Shown piece after piece: positions 27,141-37,621 of a stretch of 64,000 bases of DNA. Positions within the stretch are counted from its first letter, which is position 1. Every line of letters begins with the position of its first letter. Source of the stretch: Deltaproteobacteria bacterium. Its GTDB lineage: Bacteria; SAR324; XYD2-FULL-50-16. The notes beneath the pieces were generated by a model. The model was not told the DNA's origin and searched no databases. It saw nothing but the letters and a program-made list of their open reading frames with translations. Both the position numbers and the translations under genes were made by a program. The stretch is from positions 585 through 64,584 of the forward strand of contig JABGPJ010000083.1 in the NCBI GenBank assembly GCA_018645005.1, read 5' to 3'.

Positions 27141-28139
27141 TCAGCGCCGTGTTTGATACTTTTCATAGAGCGCGTTGATTTCTGTAACATTGGCAATCAT
27201 GACCACACGATCATCAACTTCAAAGACATAATTGGGGCCGGGATTCGTTATGATCTGGCCGTCAGACTTTTCAATGGCAATGATAATAATATTGTGATCG
27301 TCTCTTATTCTACACTGTCGTACGGACTGGCCAATCAATGGGTTATCTGCTTTGACTTCAAGTTCATCGATATTCAACGCGAACTGGCCCCTTTGATGAG
27401 CAAAATCGAGAATCTTGCTGATTGTTGGTTTTAGAATGATATGGGTTATTTTCTCACTACCAATTTGATAGGGATTAACGACCTTATTTGCTCCTGCACG
27501 AAGTAGCTTCTTCTTGGTTGCGTTATCTTCAAAACGGGAGATGATAAGCAGAGCCGGGTTTAGATCTCTCGCAGTCATGGTTATGAAAACGTTCTCAGCC
27601 TCTGATGTGACTGCTGAGACCAGTCCTTTGGCCTCTTTGATGCCAGCTTTTATCAGAACGTCTTCATGGCTGGCATCCCCATATACGACCAGGATTTTGT
27701 TTGGGCCGGCCTCAAGTTCTTCGTTGTGCGATTTGTCTATAACGACAACGGGAATGCCCTGCTTGATCAGTGTGAGCGTTACATCTCGACCGATTCTGCC
27801 GTATCCGCAAACGATATAGTGATTTTTTATCTTTTTCAGCATTTGTTCCATTTTCCTTTCCCTAATGGCGATACCAAAAAAAGGTTGTAAAAACTGTAAT
27901 GAGATATTCCTGATAATATATGCGAAACTACCGACTCCTGTGACGATCAGCAGCATTGTAAATGATTTCCCTGCTGAAGTCATTGGATGTATCTCACCGA
28001 AACCAACGGTTGTAAGCGAAATAACGGTCATATAAAGTGAATCGAACAGGTTCCAACCTTCAATGGCGTTATAGCCAATAATACCGAAAAGAACGATTAA
28101 CAACAAAGGCAGGGTTGTCTTAATCAGCTGAGAAAACAT
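27141..28139 (-). CDS. two-TM potassium channel with RCK (TrkA-N/TrkA-C) domain
   Basis: 332 aa. The layout is TM1, pore helix, filter LTTVGFGE, TM2, then the Rossmann motif VCGYGRIGRDV and a C-terminal TrkA-C-like region. Confidence 0.88.
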   Translation of the reverse strand: MFSQLIKTTLPLLLIVLFGIIGYNAIEGWNLFDSLYMTVISLTTVGFGEIHPMTSAGKSFTMLLIVTGVGSFAYIIRNISLQFLQPFFGIAIRERKMEQMLKKIKNHYIVCGYGRIGRDVTLTLIKQGIPVVVIDKSHNEELEAGPNKILVVYGDASHEDVLIKAGIKEAKGLVSAVTSEAENVFITMTARDLNPALLIISRFEDNATKKKLLRAGANKVVNPYQIGSEKITHIILKPTISKILDFAHQRGQFALNIDELEVKADNPLIGQSVRQCRIRDDHNIIIIAIEKSDGQIITNPGPNYVFEVDDRVVMIANVTEINALYEKYQTRR

Positions 28140-28164
28140 ATTAGATAGAGCGGAAATTGGCTGG

Positions 28165-28194
28165 TTGATAAGTACGTCGGTTTGTGAATATAAT
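28165..28194 (+). promoter_or_regulatory. candidate sigma70-type promoter for ORF 28452
   Basis: TTGATA (28165-28170), an 18-nt spacer, then TATAAT (28189-28194). It would give a ~250-nt leader. Pattern match only. Confidence 0.35.
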
Positions 28195-28451
28195 CAGATA
28201 GGCAATTATTCAGCTAAATTTAGTAGCAGTAACCAATGAAGTCATCGTTATCCGGTCTATACTGGGTTTTCTCTTAGATTTATCGATACACTGAAATATC
28301 TTTTTCGTACAGCTTATCTTTAAATATTTCCATTATATTAAGGAACTAGAGTTTTACCGCCATGGCATGTAGAAGCAGGCAGATAGAAAATACATTTGAT
28401 GAATCAGTGGTTTATCACCGTTAACACATTCTAACTCGGTAGCTACGTTTT

Positions 28452-30179
28452 ATGGAAAGTAAGAAGAAAGTAATTGATCTGATTTATATTGAACCACAAA
28501 AGGATGAAGCGACTGTAGTTAAAAGCTATAATTTCAGTTTAGAGTTCTGGAAAACAAACTTGAAATTGTTGCAGGAACAGTATTTTGAGCAACACTACGA
28601 TTCCGCTTCTCCTGATGTGCTGGAAGTTCTGAATATGAGGAAATTCTTGGGGAAATTTCTTCAAAACAGATTGGATTGGATCGTGAATCGTGTAGAAAAT
28701 AAGGTGTTGAGAGGGAAATACCTTAACGTGCTGCCTCCCTTTCAACAAAAAGGGGGTATCAAGACGTTGCTGCTTCATTTTTATCAGATGGAAGCATCAG
28801 AAAATGGGAAGAGTCTGCTCTATCAACAAAAGAATGATATTGAAAAAGAGGTGGCTGTTCTATGGGATATTTATAAACTGAGAAAAACCATAGAATCAAT
28901 TAATACCATCCGACGTTCACTGGACCATCCTGACCCTTTCCAGAGTTCCATCAGCGTCGAAAAACGTATTCAATGTCTAGACGGTTTAAAAAGTGTTTTT
29001 CACCTTCTTTTTCAAATGTGTATTAAAAAAGAGTTTCAAAAGGAGCTTTATAAAAGTCTCTCTGCAGAATTGGTGAATTCTAAAGCGATCCTGAAAAGAC
29101 GGGAAGAGGGCCTCAGTTATGTTTATCCACATGTGATAAAAAATTTCAATTATCGGAATCACTTTTTCTACGTTTATTACTTTCCGGGAATGAAGGCTAA
29201 AATTGGCGGTAAGATGAAGCAGTTCCGCTACAATTATCTCGATTTTGAAATTATCAAGCAGGATTTTCTAATCGGCTGGATGAATCAGAAATTACAGAAT
29301 AATCCTCAAAAAACGGAAATCTATAAGAAATATGCAATCGGCAGCAAAACAATCGATCAAATTGTTGCTGAAGACCCGTCCCAGGAGATTAAAATACTGC
29401 AGCAACTGCCCATTAACGTTTTCAACGATATTACTGCGGAAATCAATGAAGCTGTCTCAGAAGATATGAAAACAGCTGTTGACTCATTTTCTGAAAACAA
29501 AGGCAAATTTGCTGAAGCTACAGAAGATTTTAGTAAAGCACAGAAGATGGCGCGTTTCTCTTTGAAGAAACTCAAGGAACTCGTTATAAATCCCCAAAAA
29601 GAATCTGTAGAACAGGAAGAAGAGGAAGTCCCCCTTCCACCGGAAGAACCACCTCCTCCGGAGGAGGAAAAAGTGTCTCTTGAGGTTATTAAAATCAAAA
29701 AAAATCAGATCGATTTCCCCTATTTCCAGAAGGAGACAGCAGCCTACAAACAGAAAATGTCTTTGCTGCGGATAAAGATGGGTGTTAATTTCACCGATTT
29801 TACAAAAACGATGAGCCGTTTTTTCGCTAATGTCAGCGAATCGACGTACATCCGCAGGCGAACCCCCAAGCACGAAGTCACTTATCCTAACCTGATCAAA
29901 GAGACCCGCGGGGAGACTGTCACAAATCATCTACTGATTCTGGGGGCTGAAGTTAAATCAAAACAGCTGGGAATGGCCTATGGTGCAAAAACAGGTCAAA
30001 GCGCGTTTAATTATTCCTGCTTTTTTGTATACGGCTGTGATCGGGATCAGCCGGGTATGGGCGATGTCGTTGATACTCGCAATGCCCGAGGAGTAGAATT
30101 TAAAATATTCGATTTCAAACTTCCGGAAGTGCAAAAAGCCGTCCATGAGTTTTATCAACTGGTGATGGAAAACAAATAG
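28452..30179 (+). CDS. hypothetical protein (orphan, 575 aa)
   Basis: Long uninterrupted ORF with coding-like composition. It contains an internal E/P-rich linker (EEEEVPLPPEEPPPPEEEK). No motif I recognise. Confidence 0.65.
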   Translation: MESKKKVIDLIYIEPQKDEATVVKSYNFSLEFWKTNLKLLQEQYFEQHYDSASPDVLEVLNMRKFLGKFLQNRLDWIVNRVENKVLRGKYLNVLPPFQQKGGIKTLLLHFYQMEASENGKSLLYQQKNDIEKEVAVLWDIYKLRKTIESINTIRRSLDHPDPFQSSISVEKRIQCLDGLKSVFHLLFQMCIKKEFQKELYKSLSAELVNSKAILKRREEGLSYVYPHVIKNFNYRNHFFYVYYFPGMKAKIGGKMKQFRYNYLDFEIIKQDFLIGWMNQKLQNNPQKTEIYKKYAIGSKTIDQIVAEDPSQEIKILQQLPINVFNDITAEINEAVSEDMKTAVDSFSENKGKFAEATEDFSKAQKMARFSLKKLKELVINPQKESVEQEEEEVPLPPEEPPPPEEEKVSLEVIKIKKNQIDFPYFQKETAAYKQKMSLLRIKMGVNFTDFTKTMSRFFANVSESTYIRRRTPKHEVTYPNLIKETRGETVTNHLLILGAEVKSKQLGMAYGAKTGQSAFNYSCFFVYGCDRDQPGMGDVVDTRNARGVEFKIFDFKLPEVQKAVHEFYQLVMENK

Positions 30180-30240
30180 GTAACCAGCTGCTGGAATATC
30201 AAAGTAACCAATTGTTCAATTGATCTTAAGGAGAAACATT

Positions 30241-32079
30241 TTGGGGAAACTAAGGAGTAGTATTACCAAAGAAGGTAGAAGAATGGCAGGTGCTCGTGCA
30301 TTATGGAGAGCAAATGGCATGCAGGATGGTGACTTTCAAAAGCCGGTGATTGCCATTGCGAACTCATTTACGCAGTTTGTACCAGGGCATGTTCATCTTC
30401 ACAAGATTGGACAAATGGTTAAAAAAACCATTGATAAGAGTGGTGGGTTCGGAGTTGAATTTAACACAATCGCAATAGATGATGGGATTGCCATGGGGCA
30501 TGCGGGGATGCTCTACTCATTACCGAGCCGTGATTTAATTGCGGATTCCATAGAATATATGGTCAATGCCCACATGGCTGATGCCTTGGTTTGTATCAGC
30601 AACTGTGATAAAATAACACCAGGAATGATGATGGCTGCAATGCGCCTCAATATACCCGTCATTTTTGTTTCAGGTGGCCCCATGGAAGCGGGAGTTGTGG
30701 GTGGTAAAAAAGTGGACTTGATTGACGCCATGATTGCAGCAGGAGATGAGTCTGTCAGCGAAAATGAATTGGCAGAGTTGGAGCGGGCTGCCTGTCCGAC
30801 CTGTGGATCCTGTTCTGGTATGTTTACAGCAAATAGCATGAACTGCCTCAATGAAGCACTTGGACTGGCATTTCCCGGAAACGGTACGTTAGTAGCGACT
30901 CATCAAAATCGGATAGAACTTTTTGAAAGAGCTGCCAGAAGAATTGTTGAGATGGCTGAAGACCACTATTTCAAAGGCGACAAAAAGTTACTGCCACGTT
31001 CCATCTGCAATAAAAAAGCGTTTGAAAATGCGATCATTCTGGATATTGCCATGGGCGGGTCGACCAACACTGTGCTTCATTTGCTGGCCATCGCTGCAGA
31101 GGCGGAAGTGGATTTCACCATGGCGGATATCGATCGCATCTCAAGAATGATCCCCACGATATGCAAGGTTGCTCCCTCTTCCCAATATCATGTTGAAGAT
31201 GTGCATCGCGCCGGTGGTATCATGGGTATCTTAGAAGAGTTGATGTCAGCAAAATTACTGAATGAGGGAACACGAACCGTGTCTGGCCTGACTATGAAAA
31301 AACAGGTGCAAACATACAGCATTAAAAAAGACAAAAAGGGTGGTGCAAAGCAGTTCTTCCTTTCCGCACCAAGTGGTCAGAGGATCCGCACCGCATTTGT
31401 GCAGAATAGTATGAACGAATCTCTGGACTTGGACCGGGAAAAAGGATGCATTCGATCTGTAAAAAATGGCTATAGCAAAGATGGTGGATTGTGTATTTTG
31501 TACGGCAACATAGCCGAAGATGGTTGCATCGTGAAAACAGCAGGTGTCGATGAAAGTATCTGGAAATTTGAGGGTCCGGCTCGGATATTTCATTCCCAGG
31601 AAGATTCCTGTGATGCGATTCTAAACGATGACATAAAAGAGGGCGACGTCGTCATCATCAGATATGAGGGCCCCAAAGGTGGACCGGGAATGCAGGAGAT
31701 GCTCTATCCCACATCATACTTAAAATCTAAACGCCTGGGCAAGGTTTGTGCGCTGATCACCGATGGCCGTTTCAGTGGTGGAACATCCGGTTTGAGTATT
31801 GGTCATGTCTCCCCCGAAGCAGCTGAAGGTGGTAATATTGGGCTGGTGGAGGAGGGTGACACCATATTGATCGATATTCCGAAAAGAATCATCCGGGTTA
31901 AACTTAATCAGGCGGAATTAAAAAAACGGCGACAAAAAATGTCTGCAAAAGGTGATAAGGCCTGGGTTCCAGTTGGGCGTAAACGATCTGTTTCAAAAGC
32001 ACTGGAGGCATATAGTATGATGGTCACAAGTGCCGCACGTGGCGCTGTGCGGGATATCAGTCAGTTGAAACGTAAATAG
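30241..32079 (+). CDS. ilvD: dihydroxy-acid dehydratase
   Basis: Collinear by eye with E. coli IlvD ([49 protein letters not shown]). TTG at 30241 sits 7 nt after AAGGAG (30228-30233), so I prefer it to the track start at 30220. Confidence 0.93.
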   Translation: MGKLRSSITKEGRRMAGARALWRANGMQDGDFQKPVIAIANSFTQFVPGHVHLHKIGQMVKKTIDKSGGFGVEFNTIAIDDGIAMGHAGMLYSLPSRDLIADSIEYMVNAHMADALVCISNCDKITPGMMMAAMRLNIPVIFVSGGPMEAGVVGGKKVDLIDAMIAAGDESVSENELAELERAACPTCGSCSGMFTANSMNCLNEALGLAFPGNGTLVATHQNRIELFERAARRIVEMAEDHYFKGDKKLLPRSICNKKAFENAIILDIAMGGSTNTVLHLLAIAAEAEVDFTMADIDRISRMIPTICKVAPSSQYHVEDVHRAGGIMGILEELMSAKLLNEGTRTVSGLTMKKQVQTYSIKKDKKGGAKQFFLSAPSGQRIRTAFVQNSMNESLDLDREKGCIRSVKNGYSKDGGLCILYGNIAEDGCIVKTAGVDESIWKFEGPARIFHSQEDSCDAILNDDIKEGDVVIIRYEGPKGGPGMQEMLYPTSYLKSKRLGKVCALITDGRFSGGTSGLSIGHVSPEAAEGGNIGLVEEGDTILIDIPKRIIRVKLNQAELKKRRQKMSAKGDKAWVPVGRKRSVSKALEAYSMMVTSAARGAVRDISQLKRK

Positions 32080-32092
32080 GAATTGAGTTGAA

Positions 32093-33829
32093 ATGAATAT
32101 CTATCGTGGGATTGGCGTATCTGATGGTGTGGCCATTGGCAAAGTGTTGATGATTAATTCGGCCTTTATGCAGTATCCGAGAATCGAATTGGATGACGAC
32201 AGCAAGGTTCCAATCGAAATCGATCGGATACGGCAGGCACAGCTGTCAATCGAAGAGCAGTTGGATCAGACAATGGCGCAATCAACTGACATATTGCCGG
32301 AAGAGATGCGTTCAGTCTTCGTTAGCTACAAACTGTTCATACGTGATAAACGGTTTGTACCTGCCATCGAAAAGCGGATTACCAGGGATAAAATAAACGC
32401 TGAATGGGCGTTGATCCATGTCATGGCTGATTTAGAGAAACAGTTTAAGCAAATCCAGGACCCCTATATCCGTTCCCGATTTAACGATATTCGTCAATTG
32501 GGCGAACGGTTAATGAACAGCCTGTTGCAGAAACCTTTTTTAGACCTGACACAGCTAAAACACCAGGTAATTATCGTCTGTCACGACATATCTCCTGCAG
32601 ACTCTTTCCATTTAGCCAAGGCTAACATTCTCGGTATTATTACCGAATTGGGCGGGATGGCCTCCCATACGTCAATTTTGGCAAGAGCCATGAACATACC
32701 GGCTGTTGTAGGTCTGCAGGACGCAACTTTGCGATTGATAGATGACGATCTTATCATTCTGGATGGTAATTCCGGGGAGGTGATCGACCATCCCAGCGAT
32801 GAGGCCATAAATGAAAAACTCAACAAATTGGAGCGAATCAGTTTTTATCAAAACCAGTTGCAGAAACTGGCTGAAGTGGATTGTGAGCTGTCTGACGGTC
32901 GTAAGATCGATCTCGCCGCAAATATCGATTTTTTAACAGAACTGAAACAGATCGGGGACCTCAAAATACCTTCAGTTGGTCTGATACGAACCGAGTTTCT
33001 ATTTTTGATGGATGAGTCTTTTCCCGATGAAGAGGAGCAGCTGGCGCTGTATAAACAGATCATCGAGGCGATCGATTATAAACCGGTTACGATCCGGACC
33101 TGGGATATTGGTGGTGACAAACCGAGCAAAGTCATAAAGGAGTATATGGATGAAGCAAACCCGGCACTGGGATTGCGAGCGATTCGTGTCTGCCTGAAAT
33201 ATGATGATCTGTTCAGAATACAAATTCGCGCCATTTTACGCGCTTCGGAAAACTCTCAGATCAATTTGATGATACCGATGGTGACCCGGATTGATGAAGT
33301 ACTAAAGACGAAAAAAATCATCGTTGAGGAACTGCAGAAACTTAATGTGAAGGCGGATAATCTGCAGATCGGGTGTATGATTGAAACACCCGCATCGATC
33401 TTTATTATCGATGAACTGCTGGATCAGTTGGATTTCGTCAGTATTGGGTCCAATGATCTGATTCAATATGCCCTGGCTGTTGATCGTATGAATGAGCATG
33501 TGGCGGATCTTTTCAATCCGTTCCATCCGGCTATTTTGTCAATGTTGGAAAAAGTTGTCATCAGCGCCAACCGCATGAATAAAGACGTTTCAATCTGTGG
33601 AGAACTGGCTGCAGATCCTGTCATGCAAATGTTTCTAATTGGAGTAGGTGAAGTGACATTCTCAATGAGCCCCAACCATATTTTACAGACAAAGAAGATC
33701 CTGAAAAAGGTTGATACCGCAACGTGTAAGAAAATCGCTTTTCAATTTATGAACAAGCATTCGTTTGAAGAGAGCAATCAATACGTACAACAACTGAAAG
33801 ACCAATATCTGGAAGAGATTACTGACTAA
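32093..33829 (+). CDS. ptsI: phosphoenolpyruvate-protein phosphotransferase (PTS enzyme I)
   Basis: 578 aa with phospho-His motif GGMASHTSILARAMNIPAVVG, the RTEFLF and GSNDLIQY motifs and the active-site Cys context (SICGELA). Confidence 0.9.
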   Translation: MNIYRGIGVSDGVAIGKVLMINSAFMQYPRIELDDDSKVPIEIDRIRQAQLSIEEQLDQTMAQSTDILPEEMRSVFVSYKLFIRDKRFVPAIEKRITRDKINAEWALIHVMADLEKQFKQIQDPYIRSRFNDIRQLGERLMNSLLQKPFLDLTQLKHQVIIVCHDISPADSFHLAKANILGIITELGGMASHTSILARAMNIPAVVGLQDATLRLIDDDLIILDGNSGEVIDHPSDEAINEKLNKLERISFYQNQLQKLAEVDCELSDGRKIDLAANIDFLTELKQIGDLKIPSVGLIRTEFLFLMDESFPDEEEQLALYKQIIEAIDYKPVTIRTWDIGGDKPSKVIKEYMDEANPALGLRAIRVCLKYDDLFRIQIRAILRASENSQINLMIPMVTRIDEVLKTKKIIVEELQKLNVKADNLQIGCMIETPASIFIIDELLDQLDFVSIGSNDLIQYALAVDRMNEHVADLFNPFHPAILSMLEKVVISANRMNKDVSICGELAADPVMQMFLIGVGEVTFSMSPNHILQTKKILKKVDTATCKKIAFQFMNKHSFEESNQYVQQLKDQYLEEITD

Positions 33830-33840
33830 TATAGGATTTT

Positions 33841-34173
33841 ATGGAAGCAAATTCCCGTTTTAGCCACCACCGCTTCGTCGGGGCGCTGATCCTGATATCC
33901 GTGTTGTTTTGGCCTCAAGGCGTATTGTTCGCCGTAACATATAAAAGCACAGCAGAAGATGGAACACTCCATTTTGTGTGTGACAGCTCATGTGGACGGG
34001 TGCGCGTTAAAAAAACCGATAGAAATCGATACCGGGTTTTTTCCATTGGTTATTCAGGTGATTTGGTCGCCGACTCGGAAAAGCAAGCTGCTCGTAAAGC
34101 GTGTGGCGAGATGAATATTACCGGATCAAAGCGTGTTTCCCCCAAGCCTTCCAGAGGAGGCAGCGGATGCTAG
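33841..34173 (+). CDS. hypothetical membrane-anchored small protein
   Basis: 110-aa ORF with one hydrophobic segment (FVGALILISVLFWPQGVLFAV) and several Cys. Its stop overlaps the maf ATG (ATGCTAG). Confidence 0.4.
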   Translation: MEANSRFSHHRFVGALILISVLFWPQGVLFAVTYKSTAEDGTLHFVCDSSCGRVRVKKTDRNRYRVFSIGYSGDLVADSEKQAARKACGEMNITGSKRVSPKPSRGGSGC

Positions 34174-34760
34174 TCTCGCTTAAACAGGAAGAGCTTGTTC
34201 TGGCGTCAGAAGCGAGTTGGCGAAGCGATATCCTGAACCAACTGGGAATAGTGCACCGCTGTCTTGCCCATAAATACAATGAACCCAGGTATTCTGGTGG
34301 TTCGTTAATTGATTTCGTAAAACAGACCGCCCTTGAAAAAGCGCGCTCCATCCAGAGTGAAAACCAATCCGCCATAATTATATCTGCTGATCAACTGATC
34401 TGCTTAGATAGTGAAGTATTTTATAAGTCAGGGACCAGAGAAAAAGCGATCGAACAATTACAAAAGCTAAATGGTCAGACCCATCAGCTAATTTGTGCAG
34501 TGGCTGTGCTGTTCAAACAAAAAAACTCAGTCCAATATGAATCAGCATCCCTAAAAATGCGGCAATTGACAGAAACCGAGATCCAGAATTATGTCGACCA
34601 GGATCAACCTTGGGATTGTGCCGGCTCCTATAAAAATGAATCATTAGGGTCTTCCCTTTTTGAGGAAGTATCCGTTAAGGATCCCACTACAATTGTTGGC
34701 CTGCCAGGGAATCTTCTGCTTAATATCCTGAGAGAGTGGGGGTATTCCAACCTTCTCTGA
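34167..34760 (+). CDS. maf: Maf-family nucleoside triphosphate pyrophosphatase (YceF-like)
   Basis: By eye it matches E. coli YceF (LVLAS.ASWR...L..LGI, ..CAGSYK.E..G..LFE.....DP.T.VGLP). ATG 34167 sits 6 nt after GAGGAGG, and the track start 34101 lies upstream of the homologous region. Confidence 0.85.
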   Translation: MLVSLKQEELVLASEASWRSDILNQLGIVHRCLAHKYNEPRYSGGSLIDFVKQTALEKARSIQSENQSAIIISADQLICLDSEVFYKSGTREKAIEQLQKLNGQTHQLICAVAVLFKQKNSVQYESASLKMRQLTETEIQNYVDQDQPWDCAGSYKNESLGSSLFEEVSVKDPTTIVGLPGNLLLNILREWGYSNLL

Positions 34761-34777
34761 TGAGACGGAGTTGGGTG

Positions 34778-35407
34778 TTAAAATGAGAGTTGCACAGAAT
34801 CCTGGGGCGGCTCACTGACGGTTTTATCTCCCCAGTCTACGACAATGGGTTTAATCCCCTCGATCCGGTCCTCATAGTAGATCTGTTTGTGATGCACACC
34901 AAAAAGAAACACATCCCGGGTCACTTCCACGTCCTGTTTGCAGTAGTCTGTTATCAATTGCAGTTTCTCGGGTTCTCCGTTCAGATATTCCTTATACCAC
35001 TTTAACGCCATCAAGCCATCAGCTGATTTTCCAACCTTTAAAGTAGGTCGTGCAACTGCGTCCAGACGTACTCGTTTTCCAATCCGTTCTTTAATGTCAG
35101 TCAGCAAATCGTGGTTTTCTGCGTTTTTCAATTTGTTGAGCATACTTTTTCGTTCTTTTTCAGTGGAAAAGTAACCGCTCAGAACCGTATAATCGAAGCC
35201 CAGATGGTTGTATCCAATGACAACAGGTCCTGAAAGCAAGTGATCGATGAGGTTCATGACCTGCGCCTCATAATAGACACAAAATTTCTGCTGTTTTGAA
35301 TCCCACACAACCCCGACCGACATTTTCATTTCAGCGATGTTGCCCCAACCGCCTACATCCTGTGCTGAACGTTGGGTTTCCAAGTCGAATACCAAAAAAT
35401 CTTTCAT
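34778..35407 (-). CDS. DEDD-type 3'-5' exonuclease / RNase H-fold protein
   Basis: 209 aa with ExoI FDLET, ExoII YNHLGFDYTVL and ExoIII YCKQDVEVT motifs. Confidence 0.7.
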   Translation of the reverse strand: MKDFLVFDLETQRSAQDVGGWGNIAEMKMSVGVVWDSKQQKFCVYYEAQVMNLIDHLLSGPVVIGYNHLGFDYTVLSGYFSTEKERKSMLNKLKNAENHDLLTDIKERIGKRVRLDAVARPTLKVGKSADGLMALKWYKEYLNGEPEKLQLITDYCKQDVEVTRDVFLFGVHHKQIYYEDRIEGIKPIVVDWGDKTVSEPPQDSVQLSF

Positions 35408-35615
35408 ATCACTTCTCGGTTTTTTTCAGGTTTAGGTCGGCTAATTCTACGTCAGCCCCTGCATCCAGATTGTCAGAAACAGACGGTTCGACAGGTGCCG
35501 TGCTTTGAGCCATTTCCAGATATTTCGGGTTATGATAGACTGAGCGAAAAAGCAGTCTAAGCATAAGATTTATAACACCGTTTTTTTATTTTATGGGGAT
35601 AATCAGAATCTATCA

Positions 35616-36539
35616 ATGGAAAAGCACATCGTCTCAATCCTGAAATCAATCGGTGCAGTTCAAGTTGGATTCTTAAACCGGCGGGAAGCACTATTTGGGA
35701 ATTGGATTCAGCCATGGTTGAAAAATGAATATAACGGCGATATGGCGTGGATGAGACGAAACGCTGCCATTCGAAGCGATCCCTGTTCAATTCTGGACGA
35801 TGGAAAAAGCATTATTTCCATTGCTTTTCCATATTACACACAAACGCCAGGACAGTGGAAAGATCAACATTTAATCAGTAACTATGCATGGGGTGAAGAT
35901 TATCATGTTGTTGTTAAAAAACGGCTGAAAAAAGCGATCCGGCAGATCACTGAAACAGTTCCAGATTTCAAAGGACGTGCGTTTACGGATTCAGCGCCGC
36001 TGCCGGAAAAAATCATCGCAGCGGCTTGCGGAATCGGTTGGATCGGAAAAAATAGTCTCTTGATCTCTCCTGAATGGGGGAGTTATATATTTCTGGCGGA
36101 GATCGTCTGCAATCTCGATATTGATTCAACCCCATCTCTGCCCGACCGCTGTGGCGAATGTGAGTTGTGTGTTAACGCCTGTCCGAACAGAGCTATAGCC
36201 GATCACAAAACAGTTATGGCAACAAAATGCGCCAGTTATCTGACGATTGAAAAACACGGAGAATTCAGCCCGGCAGAGGAGAGACAGATTCATTACCATC
36301 TTTTCGGTTGCGATTCCTGCCAACTTGTGTGTCCCTGGAATAAAAAACTCAAAGCGCTGGAAAACTCTCCTTTTGCCTGCGATCCCAAATGGCTGAATCT
36401 CAGTTTAGATGATCTAGCCCATTTGCCTGAATCGCGTTTTGATGAATTGAAGATCAAAAGTCCATTGAAACGGATAAAGATAGATGGTATTCGCCGCAAT
36501 GCCCGTACGATTCTCCGCAACGGTTCAGCCACCGAATAA
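35616..36539 (+). CDS. queG: tRNA epoxyqueuosine(34) reductase
   Basis: 307 aa with two ferredoxin-type clusters (CGECELCVNACP, GCDSCQLVCPWN) and a QueG-like N-terminal region. Confidence 0.88.
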   Translation: MEKHIVSILKSIGAVQVGFLNRREALFGNWIQPWLKNEYNGDMAWMRRNAAIRSDPCSILDDGKSIISIAFPYYTQTPGQWKDQHLISNYAWGEDYHVVVKKRLKKAIRQITETVPDFKGRAFTDSAPLPEKIIAAACGIGWIGKNSLLISPEWGSYIFLAEIVCNLDIDSTPSLPDRCGECELCVNACPNRAIADHKTVMATKCASYLTIEKHGEFSPAEERQIHYHLFGCDSCQLVCPWNKKLKALENSPFACDPKWLNLSLDDLAHLPESRFDELKIKSPLKRIKIDGIRRNARTILRNGSATE

Positions 36540-36610
36540 ATTGGATTGACGCAGTTTTTTGGGTTGCCCATACTAAACAGATATTCTGAAACACATCTAC
36601 CCCTTGTAAA

Positions 36611-37621
36611 ATGGAAAACGCGAATAACCCGGTATCCTGCGATCAACAGGAAGAAGATAGGAATGAATACTCTCTGAGGCCACAGTCTTTCAGCACATAC
36701 GTCGGGCAGAATGAGATGAAAGACAATCTGACAGTCTTTATTGCGTCTGCAAAAAAGCGCAAGGAGTCACTGGACCATGTTCTTCTTTTTGGTCCCCCGG
36801 GTCTGGGAAAGACCACCATGGCAAACATCATTGCCAGAGAAATGGCTTGTTCAATCCGTTCCACCTCCGGCCCCGTCATCGAAAAGCAAGGTGATCTGGC
36901 GGCGATCCTAACTTCTCTGGAGCCGAATCATGTGCTGTTTATCGATGAGATTCATCGTATGAATCGCGTGATTGAAGAGGTGCTCTATTCTGCAATGGAA
37001 GATTATTCTCTGGATATTATGATCGGACAGGGTCCGAGCGCCAGAACAATTAAGCTGGATTTGCCCCGTTTCACACTGATCGGGGCTACGACCCGCAGTG
37101 GGCTACTTTCAACACCCCTTAGAGAACGGTTCGGCATTCCACTTCATTTTAATTTTTATGAGCCTCAAGAGTTAAAGGAGATCATCATTCGATCAGCGGT
37201 CATTTTGGACGTACAAATATTTGACGAAGCAGCTTTGGAAATCGGGAAAAGATCCAGAGGTACGCCCCGTATCGCTAATAGATTGTTGAAACGTGCCAGA
37301 GATTTTGCTGACATGAAAACAGAAGGGGTGATCACGACTGAAATTGTCGGTGAAACACTGTTCCGGTTAGGAATCGATGTCTATGGATTAGACAGGCTGG
37401 ATCGAAAGCTGTTGAAGCAGATTATCGAAATTCATGACGGTGGTCCGGTTGGTATCAATACGATTGCAGCAACTGTCTCAGAAGAGATTGATACCATCGA
37501 AGAGGTAGTTGAACCTTATCTACTGAAAAGCGGCATGATCCGCAGAACCCCGAGAGGCCGGGTCGTTACCCAAAAAGCATATCAGCACCTGGAAAGTTTC
37601 GAGAGTAAAGCACACCTATGA
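36611..37621 (+). CDS. ruvB: Holliday junction branch-migration helicase RuvB
   Basis: 336 aa with LRPQSF..YVGQ, Walker [10 protein letters not shown], Walker B FIDEIHR and [11 protein letters not shown]. Confidence 0.95.
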   Translation: MENANNPVSCDQQEEDRNEYSLRPQSFSTYVGQNEMKDNLTVFIASAKKRKESLDHVLLFGPPGLGKTTMANIIAREMACSIRSTSGPVIEKQGDLAAILTSLEPNHVLFIDEIHRMNRVIEEVLYSAMEDYSLDIMIGQGPSARTIKLDLPRFTLIGATTRSGLLSTPLRERFGIPLHFNFYEPQELKEIIIRSAVILDVQIFDEAALEIGKRSRGTPRIANRLLKRARDFADMKTEGVITTEIVGETLFRLGIDVYGLDRLDRKLLKQIIEIHDGGPVGINTIAATVSEEIDTIEEVVEPYLLKSGMIRRTPRGRVVTQKAYQHLESFESKAHL

